A stretch of 64,000 nt of DNA from Neoconidiobolus thromboides FSU 785 (lineage: Eukaryota > Fungi > Entomophthoromycota), in contig MU626276.1 in the NCBI GenBank assembly GCA_025603075.1, positions 1 through 64,000 on the forward strand, written 5' to 3'. Each line of letters opens with the position of its first letter. The stretch's first letter is position 1. A model generated the notes under the pieces. It did not search any database. It was not told where the DNA came from and worked only from the letters and a program-made list of their open reading frames with translations. Position numbers and translations under genes: made by a program. Positions 24,975-39,127 of the stretch are shown piece after piece.

Positions 24975-26834
24975 ATGACCAATACATTTTCGAGACCTTG
25001 TGATACTTGTAGAAGACGGAAAGTAAAATGTGACAAAGCGTTTCCAATTTGTTTTAGATGTTTAAAATATGGATATAGCTGCTCTTATAAAGATGTGCCA
25101 AAAAAACGAGGTCCACAAAAAGGCAGTATTAGGGAAACCAAAAAAAGCGGTACCGAAATAATCAATGTTCCATTTTATGAGACAGCCAACCTCAATCCAT
25201 ATCAATGTACTATTGAGCCAGTTATTTATAATAATATCCATACGTTAAGAACGGATCGTAAGAATGAGGAAAGACAAATGACTAATTTTAATAGTAGACA
25301 AAACATGTTTTCTTTTGACTTAAAGACTAGTATGTTAAGCTTTATTCTCAATAATTCTTTAATAGATGCTAAGCAAAAACTTCATATTTCTAGTACCGGT
25401 AGGATGGATTATTTTGGTGATAGCCCTATGGGCTTACTATTGACTATGTATGCTCTTCACCATCCTTCCCCCAAAACATTTTTACCTCTACTGCAAAGTA
25501 GCACAAATGATATTCAACCATCAACGAAACTTTTTGATAATGTAGTAGCAAGTTTAAATTGCCTTGATATTGAATCAAATATAATGACTCTTTCAGTTAA
25601 AGCCTATTTCAAATATTTTCATCCCTATTGTGCAATAGTAGATAAGTATAGCTTCTTGAAGAATGTTAGCCATCAATCACCTGTTCTTATTTATATGGTA
25701 TGTGCTATTGGATGTGGTTATCTACCTGATATGGCAGAAGCTTATAGAGAAGTATTTTGTGATAGAGCCATTCATCACATTAAAGAATGCTACTCGAAAC
25801 CTTCTCTTCAGACTATTGCAGCATTGTTATTGATGGCCAATTATCAGCATACACCAAGAGAGTTTTCCAAAGGATGGGTATACTTAGGAATGGCACAAAG
25901 GATGTGTTATCAGCTGGGATTTGATCGTAACATTTCTAGGAGATCTTCCCCGGCTGAAAGAGAGCTTAGAAGTAGGATTTGGTTTTGGAGCCATATTTTA
26001 GATAAATTATATTCTTTTAGTTTAAATCGTCCCTGGACTCAAGATTGTGGTATCACTTCACCTAAACCTCCATCCAATTACAAGCTAGATCTTATTTACG
26101 AAGATGCAAGCGAAATAGTCACAAGCAAGAGTTCGTTGATGTTTCTAACCAGCTTATCAGAATTATGTTATTTAATGTGTGTCATGGTTCGCAAGTTTAA
26201 ATTTACGGAAGTAATCAAAACGAATGATATAGTGAATTCAGAAAAGATGGCGAAAATGGTAGCCAAATACCTTGATCTATGGAAATCGAAAGCAGAAAAA
26301 GGGTTTGAGATCATTTCCCAAGAAGGTGGTGGAAGTCACAAATATTTAATTGAAAATTTTAAGTCTGGATTAATGATAATTTATTATGGTACTTTGGTAC
26401 AATTGTATCAAAGTTTTTCGGAAGTTGGTATCCCAAGCTTGAATGAGTATTATAATATTAAATGTAGTGATGCAGCAAATAAAGCAATAAAGGTAGCAAA
26501 TGGAATGGGTAAAAACTTCAACTTCCATTGTATTACATATAAGTTTTATGCTCTGAGTAGTGCCATTATGATTCAAATCAAAAATACACGATCTATCAAT
26601 CCTAAAAGAACTTATGAGTCACATCAAAATTTAATTATTGGACTTCGAATAATTTCTAGTGCACAACCTTATTATACTTTGGCCCCAGAGTGTCTTCGCC
26701 TAGCTTCTTTGTTAGCTAATGCTGAAGGGATTGACCTTAATGACCTATCTATCATTTCGCGGCAGGATAAATTCGCAGGAGATATTATACCATTAATTAG
26801 GCTGGAGGAGTTATTGCCTCAGATGATACGATAA
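24975..26834 (+). CDS. Zn(II)2Cys6 transcription factor with fungal-specific TF (middle homology) domain, paralogue 1
   Basis: CDTCRRRKVKCDKAFPICFRCLKYGYSC; AYFKYFHPY; GWVYLGMAQRMCYQLG; ELRSRIWFW. Intronless. Confidence 0.95.
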   Translation: MTNTFSRPCDTCRRRKVKCDKAFPICFRCLKYGYSCSYKDVPKKRGPQKGSIRETKKSGTEIINVPFYETANLNPYQCTIEPVIYNNIHTLRTDRKNEERQMTNFNSRQNMFSFDLKTSMLSFILNNSLIDAKQKLHISSTGRMDYFGDSPMGLLLTMYALHHPSPKTFLPLLQSSTNDIQPSTKLFDNVVASLNCLDIESNIMTLSVKAYFKYFHPYCAIVDKYSFLKNVSHQSPVLIYMVCAIGCGYLPDMAEAYREVFCDRAIHHIKECYSKPSLQTIAALLLMANYQHTPREFSKGWVYLGMAQRMCYQLGFDRNISRRSSPAERELRSRIWFWSHILDKLYSFSLNRPWTQDCGITSPKPPSNYKLDLIYEDASEIVTSKSSLMFLTSLSELCYLMCVMVRKFKFTEVIKTNDIVNSEKMAKMVAKYLDLWKSKAEKGFEIISQEGGGSHKYLIENFKSGLMIIYYGTLVQLYQSFSEVGIPSLNEYYNIKCSDAANKAIKVANGMGKNFNFHCITYKFYALSSAIMIQIKNTRSINPKRTYESHQNLIIGLRIISSAQPYYTLAPECLRLASLLANAEGIDLNDLSIISRQDKFAGDIIPLIRLEELLPQMIR

Positions 26835-27314
26835 GTCATGATGCTCGTTATCTAGATATCTAATTGTACCATATTATATATATATTTTAAACTATTTTAA
26901 TCAACCTATCCCTTTATTTTATTAATTATTGATATCCTAAGCAATTGAAGCTATTTAAAACTTTTTATTGAGTTTTAGAAAAGTCAGTTTAATAAACTAT
27001 TTTCATATTAAATTTATTTTATATCATTTATAAAGTAAATATTAAAGTCCTTACTGATATAAACAATTCGAGTTGTATATTTTTATAAAATAGATAAAAG
27101 TTTATCATTTTAATTATATCATTGAATATTAATATTAGTAAAGTTTAATAAACAAGGACTCTTTTTCCTAAATACGGGCTAGCCCAAAGGTTATCAGCAA
27201 GTTTGCAGAAGCTTTGAATAAAAGCGTGTTACAAAAATCAATTATAAAGATATTTTATTGATACTTATAAACAAGAGACCAAAGGGAATTCTGTAATAAT
27301 ATTTAGACAGTATA

Positions 27315-27414
27315 TGGGGATATATTTTTTGTTTAATAACTTTACTAATAAATTTTCCACTCAAATAGCGCTTAAAAGATGGAAAAAATAATGAAACCGA
27401 AAAAAACACTCCCA
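27315..27414. mobile_element. MITE-like foldback element, copy B
   Basis: TGGGGATATATTTT...AGCGCT...AAAAACACTCCCA, flanked by TA/TA. Confidence 0.85.
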
Positions 27415-27684
27415 TATAGAAGCTCTCTTGTCCTTTTAAAGTAATGTTTGAAATATGAGCTTTTGCTTCACTATTTGAATTAACTTTATAACATTGAAAA
27501 TTGATGCTGATTTAATAAACAAACATTTAACTATCTTTTTATAAAAAGAATATTGTTTTACTACCTCTTAAGGGATATATATTGGGGTATGTAGTTATGC
27601 TATTTAGTAAAATCAATAATTAAATCAACATAATTTTCTGATAAGATTTAAAATATTAAAAATAAAGCTATAGTACCTTATATA

Positions 27685-27783
27685 TGGGGCTGTTTTTTTT
27701 AGTTTCATTATTTTTCCATTTTTAAGCACTATTTGAGCAGAAAGTTTGTTAGTAAAATTCTTAAACACAAAAATACGTCCCCA
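27685..27783. mobile_element. MITE-like foldback element, copy C (opposite orientation to B)
   Basis: TGGGGCTGTTTTT...AAAAATACGTCCCCA, flanked by TA/TA. Confidence 0.85.
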
Positions 27784-28240
27784 TATATTGACTACTTTTT
27801 ACAGAAGGATATTTTCAAAAAATGAGCTTGTTTCAAAAACAATCACAAATTCTAAAAAATTAGAGACAAAAACTGAATATTTTATTCAAATAGCAACTTA
27901 TTTCTTTCTTTCATGAAAATTTAAATTCTAATTTTATATGTTAAAAAAATGAGGTATTTTAGTTTGTTAAAGTGTAAGTTTACAAATCCGTATTAAAAAA
28001 AGGAATGCTTTTACTTCATCATTTCGTTCATTTTCTGTCACAGAAAATTAAGAAATTTGTTAGCTTAACTTCAACCAAAAAAATATGTGTAATAAATTGA
28101 ACAAAAAGAGATATATTCTCATAGCATCTATACTTATCTTACGATCTTTGTAAAGAACCAAACCAGAAAAACATTGAATCTTACATTTAAGTTGACCTAT
28201 ATTCAAAAAATCAAAACTGGGATGTATTAATTTTAAAATA

Positions 28241-28339
28241 TGAGAACGTTTTTTTGATTTCACTACTTTTCTATTTTTTAAGCGCTATTTGAGTGGAAAA
28301 ATTGTTAGTAAAATTCTTAAACACAAAAATACATCCCCA
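28241..28339. mobile_element. MITE-like foldback element, copy D
   Basis: TGAGAACGTTTTT...AAGCGCTATTTGAGTGGAAAA...AAAAATACATCCCCA, flanked by TA/TA. Confidence 0.85.
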
Positions 28340-28995
28340 TATGGCTAATTTGTAATTTTAAAAAAACTATCTGGTAAAAAATAGAATGAATGTAACTATA
28401 AGGTTTTATATTTAATAGTATAAGCTCCCTAGCATTTAACCCACTTGAGTACTGAATTCGAGATTTTTTTTGCAAAAAAAGCAAGGGATCATTAATTTTA
28501 TTTAACCAGGCTAAATTTAGTAACTTGGACTCATCAAGTTTAGACTTCGACAAAAAAACCATGACACTTTAGGCCGTCATTCATACTCAGGTGGTTAATG
28601 GTTAATGTACTTTACTTCAAGCTATACCCCTTATATAATTATTAAATTAAAATAAGAAGCATATTTAAATCGAATTACATTCCAAAATATATAACATCCT
28701 GTTTATGCGAATTTTGATGTGAAAGGTCGAAAGAAATTTTGTGTAAAATGTTGTGCTCTAAATTGAATTCATGCAGATGTGATTAATATAAAATGAAATT
28801 AGGCAGCATGAATTTATTGTAAAATTAAAAACTAAATTAGTTGGTGGAAAATAAGCTTAGAGATCAAGATTCACTATAATTAAGCCTTTAAAGTCATTTA
28901 ATTTCTAAATGAAGGAAGTTTACACATACTTTTAATTTAATCTTAAAATCAAAATTCTAATTTCTTCCTTTAACCTTTTTTATTCCTTATTTTAA

Positions 28996-30738
28996 ATGCA
29001 ACAGCTATTTCCAAGACCATGTGATGTATGTAGGAGGAGAAAAGTGAAATGTGATCGGCAATATCCAAAATGCCTACGATGTTCAAAATATGGAGAAGGA
29101 TGTAGCTATAATGATGTACCTAGAACGCGAGGTAAAACCACAGTAGTTCAACTACAAAATAATCATATACCTTACTATGAATCAATCTTACTCAATCCGT
29201 TTGATAATCAAGTAAAAAAAGTATTTCATGGTAATATCTATTTTATAAACGAAAGAAAAAGTGACAAGCAAAACCAGAAGGTCAAATTTAACATTAGAAA
29301 CATATTTGTTGACACTAGGAGCAATGTATTAACAATTATGATGAGCAACTCTTTAATTGATATAAAGCAAAAGCTACATATCTCCTTTAATGGTGGGTTA
29401 GAATATTTTGGAGATAGCCCAATGGGACTACTATTAACAATGTACGCTCTTCACCACCCTTCCCCAAAAACTTTATTACCATTATTACAAATACCTCAAG
29501 CAATTACAAATACGTTAGATAGTAACTCCGATACGATTGGACGCCTTTTTGAACAAACTATTGAAACAGCAGTGATCAAACTTTCAATTGAAGCTTATTT
29601 TAATTTTTTTCACTTGTATTGTCCAATAGTAAATAAAAAAGAATTTTTAACAAATCTAAACCAGCAGTCTCCAATCTTAGTTTATATGGTTTGTACTATT
29701 GGTTGCGGTTATATTCCTCACGTAGCTGAAAAATTTAGAGAAATATTTTGTGACAGAGCGGTAGCTTTATTAAAAAGAGGCTATCTCACTATTTCAATTC
29801 AATCTATTACTGCCCTACTATTAATGGGCGCTTATCAACATTGCCCTAAAGAATTCCCAAAGGGTTGGCTATATAAAGGTATGGCTTTAAGGATGTGTTA
29901 TTGTTTAGGATTAGATCGCCATAATCCTAAACTTACTGAAGCCGAAAATGAATTGAGAAGTAGGATATGGTATTGGAGTCATATATCAGATAAATTATTT
30001 GCGTTTAGTTTAAATCGACCTTGGACACAAGATTGTTCAATAAGTTCACCTAAATACCCCTCAAACTATATGCTTGAAGTAATGAGCAATGATTTAAGTG
30101 AAATAGTCATCAACAAATGTACTTTGGTGCATTTTTATCATTTATCAGAGCTATGCCATTTAATGAATATGATATTGAGGAAATTTAAATTTACAGAAAC
30201 GATTAAGTTGGATAATATTGAGCGATTAGAAAAAAAGACACAAGCTATTACTCGATATTTTACGATATGGAAAACGAAAGCAGAACAGAGTTTTTCAAAA
30301 ATATTAAGTAGTAATGAAAAATATAATTACATTATTCAAAATTTCAAAGCTAGTTTGATGATGATTTACTATGGTACTTTGGTACAATTGTATCAAAGTT
30401 TTTCGGAAGTTGGTATCCCAAGCTTGAATGAGTATTATAATATTAAATGTAGTGATGCAGCAAATAAAGCAATAAAGGTAGCAAATGGAATGGGTAAAAA
30501 CTTCAACTTCCATTGTATTACATATAAGTTTTATGCTCTGAGTAGTGCCATTATGATTCAAATCAAAAATACACGATCTATCAATCCTAAAAGAACTTAT
30601 GAGTCACATCAAAATTTAATTAATGGGCTACAAATAGTCTCAAATGCTAAACCCTATTACGTTATGGCCGCTGAGTGCCTTCGCTTATCATGTCTATTAG
30701 CTACTGCTGAAGCTATCGATATCAGTGCTGTATCTTAA
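28996..30738 (+). CDS. Zn(II)2Cys6 transcription factor, paralogue 2
   Basis: CDVCRRRKVKCDRQYPKCLRCSKYGEGC and the same domain motifs as paralogue 1. Intronless. Confidence 0.95.
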   Translation: MQQLFPRPCDVCRRRKVKCDRQYPKCLRCSKYGEGCSYNDVPRTRGKTTVVQLQNNHIPYYESILLNPFDNQVKKVFHGNIYFINERKSDKQNQKVKFNIRNIFVDTRSNVLTIMMSNSLIDIKQKLHISFNGGLEYFGDSPMGLLLTMYALHHPSPKTLLPLLQIPQAITNTLDSNSDTIGRLFEQTIETAVIKLSIEAYFNFFHLYCPIVNKKEFLTNLNQQSPILVYMVCTIGCGYIPHVAEKFREIFCDRAVALLKRGYLTISIQSITALLLMGAYQHCPKEFPKGWLYKGMALRMCYCLGLDRHNPKLTEAENELRSRIWYWSHISDKLFAFSLNRPWTQDCSISSPKYPSNYMLEVMSNDLSEIVINKCTLVHFYHLSELCHLMNMILRKFKFTETIKLDNIERLEKKTQAITRYFTIWKTKAEQSFSKILSSNEKYNYIIQNFKASLMMIYYGTLVQLYQSFSEVGIPSLNEYYNIKCSDAANKAIKVANGMGKNFNFHCITYKFYALSSAIMIQIKNTRSINPKRTYESHQNLINGLQIVSNAKPYYVMAAECLRLSCLLATAEAIDISAVS

Positions 30739-31641
30739 CTATTTTATTTTTTTAATATTTTTAATATATATATAATACCATTATACTTTGTATTCATCTC
30801 TAAAAGAATAAAAAACGCGTACAAGTTCAACTAAATGAGGGTAAAGTTATAGGAGACATAATACTATATATGACAAATTTTAAGAAAGGAGATAAATCTT
30901 AAATGAGACGTATATGAAGATATATTTAAATTGGAATGTATATTATCAATTAGAATTTCAAACCAAGAATAAAGTTAAAAGTTTAAAACAGCATATCTAT
31001 GGTTTTTGAAAGTTTAAGAGTAATAAAGTTTTAAGCTTTATATTATTATATTTCAAAGAAAGTTTCGAATATACTATTTCTATATTATAAAATTTTATGC
31101 TCTACAGGCTAAATTGATGACCTAAAGCTCATAGTTCGAATTATATTATAATAAAGCATTGTTTAAATTAAGATTATTTTTTACATTAAAGACTAATACT
31201 AAAATTAGTTCAATTTTTATTCAACAGGAAAGACTTTACATAACTTACAAAAAACAGACTTTTATTTAGCCAGTTGTAACATTAATAACTATAATACCAT
31301 CAATTAATTTTAAATTACTATTAAATTTTTAAAAAGCTAAATAATGTTTCAATAAAAAGATTATTTAAGCCAATACTAATTGTTAAGCTATACATTTTTT
31401 TGGTCCCAGAGATCACCTCTAAAATAGCCAACTTTATAGTTTATTATAATTGTCAACACCGCTTCTCATTATAGTTTAAATGAAATATTTGGTAATTATA
31501 ACTAAATCTAACCATTTTAATTTTAAGCATTCCAAAAAAAAATTAATAGAGGTGAAACGGAACTTTGGTTTTAAAGCTTTAAAACTATAGGATGTGATGA
31601 ATTAAAATTAAACTTAAAGCATTTTTTCATTTTCTATTACA

Positions 31642-33438
31642 ATGGAACATTTATCTTCAAGGGCTTGTGATATTTGTCGGAAAAAAAAATTAAAATGTGA
31701 TAAAATATATCCAATATGCCAACGATGTGTAGCATCCAAGATTACATGCTCATATAATGACATACCAAAAAAAAGGGGACCTTTAAAAGGATCCTCAAGG
31801 CATTTTATTACGGACCAAGTACCATATTATGAGTCCATTTTGCTTAATCCTTATAAGAATCAAGTTAGTAAAGTTATTTATGATAATATTTATTATATAA
31901 AAGAACCAAGTAAAGATAATAGTCAAGCAACAAAAATTTATAATAAACAACAAAATATTTATTTTAATACCAAAACAAGTTTTTTAAGCATGTTAATGAG
32001 CAATTCCTTAATCGATATTAAACAAAAGGTTTACTTATCTACTAGTGGTAGAATAGAATATTTTGGTGATAGCCCTATGGGGTTATTACTAACTATGTAT
32101 ACTTTATATCATCCTGCTCCCCACCAATTTTTATCTGTAGTACAATCCAAATCTAACACATTAAAAAGTGGCAATAGTTCCAACGCCCATACAAATCAAG
32201 TCACGGGTCTTTTCAAAACTGAAACAAACGCAATGGAAGCCTCCATTAAAGCTTATTTTGACTATTTCCATCATTACTGTCCAATAGTAAATAAAATGAG
32301 CTTTTTAACCAATTTTTCGAGACAGAGTCCTATTCTAGTCTATATGGTATGCGCCTTAGGATGTAGCTATATCCCTAGTGTAGCTAATAAATTCAAAGAA
32401 ATATTCACTGATCGAGCGTTATTTTATTTAAAAAGTGGGTATTTAAGGGCCTCGGTTGATAACGCTACAGCTTTGTTAATGATGGGGCTTTATCAGCATC
32501 ACCATAAAGAATTTCCAAAGGGATGGCTATACATGGGTATGTCTTTAAGGATGTGCTATTCCTTAGGTTTAGATCGTCATAGTCCTAAACTTACTGAAGC
32601 AGAGAATGAGTCACGAAGTAAACTGTGGTATTGGGGGCATATCTTAGATAAATTCTATGCATTTAGTTTAAATCGACCTTGGACACAAGATTGTTCAATA
32701 AGTTCACCTAAATACCCCTCAAACTATATGCTTGAAGTGGTTAGGGAAGACCCAGCGGAATTAACGTTAGGCCTTGGTACCCTGATTTATTTGTATTTCC
32801 TTTCCGAGTTATGCCATTTAATGAACATGATCGTAAGGAAGTTTAAATTTACAGAAGCACTTCAAACAGATTGTATCTCAAGTTCAGAAAATACAGCACG
32901 TGCAATTTCTAAACATCTTGATTTTTGGAAACTAAAATCAGAGCAAGCTTTTGATTCCATCACTAATTTTAACTTCAAGATCCAACAATCTATAATTACT
33001 GACTTCCAAAAAAGTTTAATGTTAATTTATTATGGCGTTTTAGTTCAACTTTATCAAGTGTTCTCTGAGATCAGGGTTCCAAAATTAAAACAATACTATT
33101 ATGATCAATGCAATGAAGCTTCCAAACAAGTTATAACAGTTGCTAATGAAATGGGAGATAGCATAATTTATAGTTGTACTACTTATAAATTTTATGCTTT
33201 AAGTAGTGCTATTATGATTCAAATAAAAAACGGTAGCTCAAAAACAGAGGATAGAGCGAATGAGGGTAAAAAATACACATTACTCTCACTTTCTATAATG
33301 AAAAAAGCAAGTCCTTATTTCACTTTAGCTACTGAATGCTATCGTTTAATTTCCTTGGTAGCTAATGTTGAAGGTATGGATTATAACCTATATAATTTAT
33401 ATGATAAGCAGAATTGGGCTAATAATGTCAGTAGATAA
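31642..33438 (+). CDS. Zn(II)2Cys6 transcription factor, paralogue 3
   Basis: CDICRKKKLKCDKIYPICQRCVASKITC and the same domain motifs. Intronless. Confidence 0.95.
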   Translation: MEHLSSRACDICRKKKLKCDKIYPICQRCVASKITCSYNDIPKKRGPLKGSSRHFITDQVPYYESILLNPYKNQVSKVIYDNIYYIKEPSKDNSQATKIYNKQQNIYFNTKTSFLSMLMSNSLIDIKQKVYLSTSGRIEYFGDSPMGLLLTMYTLYHPAPHQFLSVVQSKSNTLKSGNSSNAHTNQVTGLFKTETNAMEASIKAYFDYFHHYCPIVNKMSFLTNFSRQSPILVYMVCALGCSYIPSVANKFKEIFTDRALFYLKSGYLRASVDNATALLMMGLYQHHHKEFPKGWLYMGMSLRMCYSLGLDRHSPKLTEAENESRSKLWYWGHILDKFYAFSLNRPWTQDCSISSPKYPSNYMLEVVREDPAELTLGLGTLIYLYFLSELCHLMNMIVRKFKFTEALQTDCISSSENTARAISKHLDFWKLKSEQAFDSITNFNFKIQQSIITDFQKSLMLIYYGVLVQLYQVFSEIRVPKLKQYYYDQCNEASKQVITVANEMGDSIIYSCTTYKFYALSSAIMIQIKNGSSKTEDRANEGKKYTLLSLSIMKKASPYFTLATECYRLISLVANVEGMDYNLYNLYDKQNWANNVSR

Positions 33439-33673
33439 TAGACAATAAATTTGCTGTTAAGCTATTGAGTGATATTAATAAACTATTTAGCCTTGTAAGT
33501 ATTAATTGAGCTTAATTGTGTTTTATAAAATTTATATTATATTATTTGTAATACATCGTAAAATCAAACTATAACTCTAATAGCTAATTTTTATATGGTC
33601 TAATCTTGAAACATTAAAACATTCTACAAATTAGTTTAATACAAATAAAACAAAATTAAAATTAATTTTATTT

Positions 33674-34321
33674 TCAAGACTTTAAAATATTTAACGTATA
33701 CTTATAAGCATCAATTCTAGCTTTACCATCTACACCCAAACAAGTAGTAAATAATTGAGTGACCTTAGAATCATTCGAACCCACCAAATCCTTTAACAAA
33801 GAAGAACAAGAAGGATTTTGAATCAAAGCAGCACCCTTAGCCATCCACCAAGCGCCAGGTAAAAAAGAAAGGGAATTTTGATTCAAATAAGCTAACAATT
33901 GAATTTTCGAACTATCATTAGTTTCATTGTAATTATTTTGATTTTTATATTCCATTTTATAAAACTCAAATAAGTTGTGGCTTAATAGCATGCTATAAGT
34001 GCCCTGTCCTGGACGTCCTGGGAAATGATTCTTGTTATAGGTTAAGTTACCAGATTCTATTGATACAGTTGATAAGTAATAAGCTATCTGCTCATTCTTA
34101 GTGATAGAATATTTAGTTAATGCCTCTTTTATCAATGGTAACGCTTTTTCGCATGATATGTTTTCCCCCTTTGCCACACTGTTTTCTACCCCACATGGGC
34201 TAAATACTCTATTTAGCTTATCTAAAGTTAAATTCTTTAATTGATTATCCTTACACTTTGAAAGCGCGGTTGCATTCAAGATGGAGATTAAGGTTAAGTA
34301 GAAGATTAGTTTTAAAAACAT
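33674..34321 (-). CDS. Secreted protein, probable lysozyme-like (GH19-related) fold
   Basis: Signal peptide MFLKLIFYLTLISILNATALS. Core KYSITKNEQIAYYLSTVSIESGNLTYNKNHFPGRPGQGT resembles the helix-Glu-SG segment of GH19/phage lysozyme-like proteins and a widespread uncharacterised fungal secreted family (recalled, not searched). Confidence 0.65.
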   Translation of the reverse strand: MFLKLIFYLTLISILNATALSKCKDNQLKNLTLDKLNRVFSPCGVENSVAKGENISCEKALPLIKEALTKYSITKNEQIAYYLSTVSIESGNLTYNKNHFPGRPGQGTYSMLLSHNLFEFYKMEYKNQNNYNETNDSSKIQLLAYLNQNSLSFLPGAWWMAKGAALIQNPSCSSLLKDLVGSNDSKVTQLFTTCLGVDGKARIDAYKYTLNILKS

Positions 34322-35370
34322 TGTTGAAATTGATAGTATTTTTTCATTCTAATTAGTTTATATACTTTTTTATGAACTTAAACCTCCTTTTTATATTTTA
34401 AGTAATCTTTGTTTTTTATAATTTATTTAGACTTTGTTAATGACCATTTAAGTATTATTACAATTATATTTTTTAGTTTAGGGAAGTGGTTTTTATCAGC
34501 TCCAAATTCAAAATTGAGTATTTTTTGTAGTAAAGATTCCTAGAAAGTCAAACAAAAAACAATAAAATTCAAATGTAAAATAAAGGCTTGAAGCAATTAA
34601 TGTTATCTATACTATCAACAATATGATATTATTAAATGATTATTTAAAAATACTAAGGGATGGACAAGGAGCAGCATTTGACGAATGAGTGTAAAAAATT
34701 TTAATAAATTAAAAACCGTAATTTAAAAATACATCAAATTCAACACTTTGACTTTTCAATAATCAAGCATAAAACAAAGTATTTACTATTATAGTATAAT
34801 AATTTAGCTGCTATAAACTTTAATTGTCAAACCCATTTAAACAAACAATATATTAAAAGCAAGTTAATATATTAAGAGCAAAATAAGTATTAAAGGTAAA
34901 GCAATAGGTCAAAAATGAAATAGTTTAAATTAGAGTTATACTGAAAATAAAGTAATACATTAAATGTAAGCAATAAATTATAAGAATGATTTATACCAAA
35001 AATAAAACAATATATTAAGAATAAACATAGTAATGGAAAAAAGTATGATCACCATTTGAGAATGTTTTTGCCTATTGCCTTTTCTTACCATTTTAAAATT
35101 TAAAAAGAAATTAACTATTGCAGCTGTTTAAGTTCGGATATGTGCTAGTAAATGATGAGTTTTATAACCAGCTATTTGTTATATCATACTAATTTCATGC
35201 TTATTAACTTTAATTCATTTTAAAATGAGTAGTTAGTTAGCATATATCCAAGCTTAAACAGGATACTGATTAATTAGCTCTTAAATTATACTAGCAAAAA
35301 GGGTAATTAGTAAAAAACATCCCTAGTTTATTTATCATAGATTTGTTTTTTAAAGTGTTAATAGAAAATA

Positions 35371-35472
35371 TAGGGATGTCTTTTCTGGCTTCATTACTTT
35401 TTCCATCTTTTAAGCACTACTTGAGTAGAAAAATTATTAGTAAAACCTTTAAACACAAAAATGCATCCCCTA
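35371..35472. mobile_element. MITE-like foldback element, copy E
   Basis: TAGGGATGTCTTTT...CCATCTTTTAAGCACTACTTGAGTAG...AAAAATGCATCCCCTA. It shares diagnostic bases with copies M and N. Confidence 0.82.
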
Positions 35473-36686
35473 TTAACAAAATTATAACTTAGAATGAATA
35501 AAATTGTTTAAGTTATACAATTTTAAGCAGAATTATAACTTTATGTTTCAAAAAAAGTATCATGTCTATTGTAATTTGATACAGTAGATGAAAATGTTAT
35601 ATTCTTTATAATCTTTATAGTTTTATTTTTAACACAAAAAAAAGTAATTAAAGCATAGAATCTATACATGCTCAAGCCATTTTTCTATCTATTATAAATA
35701 ACAATTAATAGACTTTTGAACATCAGCTTCAATCTAAGTATCATATACACTTCAGAAGATTCAAAGTATTCTTTATTATTGAACTGCTTCGAAAAAGCAC
35801 CATAAAGTCGACTATGTCTTTTAATATAAATTCTTAACATCTTCCTAACTTTACAGTAAACACCAGTAGAGTCAATGCATTTTACTCACGTTGTTTTGCA
35901 TTTATTAAAAAATAGCTATAAAGAAACCAGCAGCTGATAAATATATTTAAAAATCAATGAATAGTGTGATTAAGTATTATTTAAAATTCAACATGTAATC
36001 TACGAATGACATCAATGACTTATACTTATCAAAATGTCTAGCAAAAATAAATATAAGCTATTTCAAAGTTTTTATCTAAGATTATTATTTGTTTTATTGA
36101 AAGTCTAAAGTATTTATAAACTATACCTTAATATGAGCAATTCAAATATCTATTAATAGACATTTAAACGAATAATTAAGATACTTACAAATCTACTCCG
36201 CATTTCCCAGTCATAGAAGTCATTGTAGCACTTTAACAACTTTTACTAGAAGAGATTGCATTAAGTTTTATTGGTTAAACCATTTCGAAATCAGGTTATT
36301 ACCAAAAAAGATAGTTATGGGATGCTAAGCAATATAAAGAGAGTTAAAGATGATAAATTTAGTATTTGATATATAAATTCGTGTGATTTTTAAAGCTTTA
36401 ATTATCAAAAGTATACTATATTAAAGCACCATTACTTTATTATCAGAAAAATAAAATATAAATAAACCAGTAAATTTTACAAGCAACTTCCTTAGTAAGT
36501 TGCACTTAGCAATTTACATTGATTTTTAAATTGAAGTTAAATCAAGCAATGAAACAATCTAACAGATTAACCAATAAAAACAATTAGCTTATTTTAGTAT
36601 TTTGGGGTAATCTTTCGCCAATAAAAGAAGTGCTTAAATCATAACTAATAATTTAAACCAAGGCAAAATTGCACAAGCGTTTTTAT

Positions 36687-36697
36687 AGCCAATCAAA
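36687..36697 (+). promoter_or_regulatory. CCAAT box (AGCCAATCAAA) upstream of DBP2
   Basis: Matches the HAP/NF-Y consensus RRCCAATCA about 105 bp before the ATG. Two more CCAAT words lie at about 36571 and 36617. Confidence 0.55.
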
Positions 36698-36758
36698 GAC
36701 ATTAATTCTAAAATTGATAAGAATATTCCTTGTTTATATTTTGATAAAAGGTTAATAA

Positions 36759-39127
<2,369 letters not shown>

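Noticed and set aside
26370-30561. Twin antisense ORFs 26370-26576 and 30304-30561 with the same N-terminus
   Set aside because: They are simply the reverse strand of the 253-bp identical tract in the two TF genes.
35152-35269. ATGATGA ... CTGA pair as a C/D snoRNA
   Set aside because: No terminal stem, no recognisable rRNA guide and no clear C'/D' boxes. Such words are common in AT-rich DNA.
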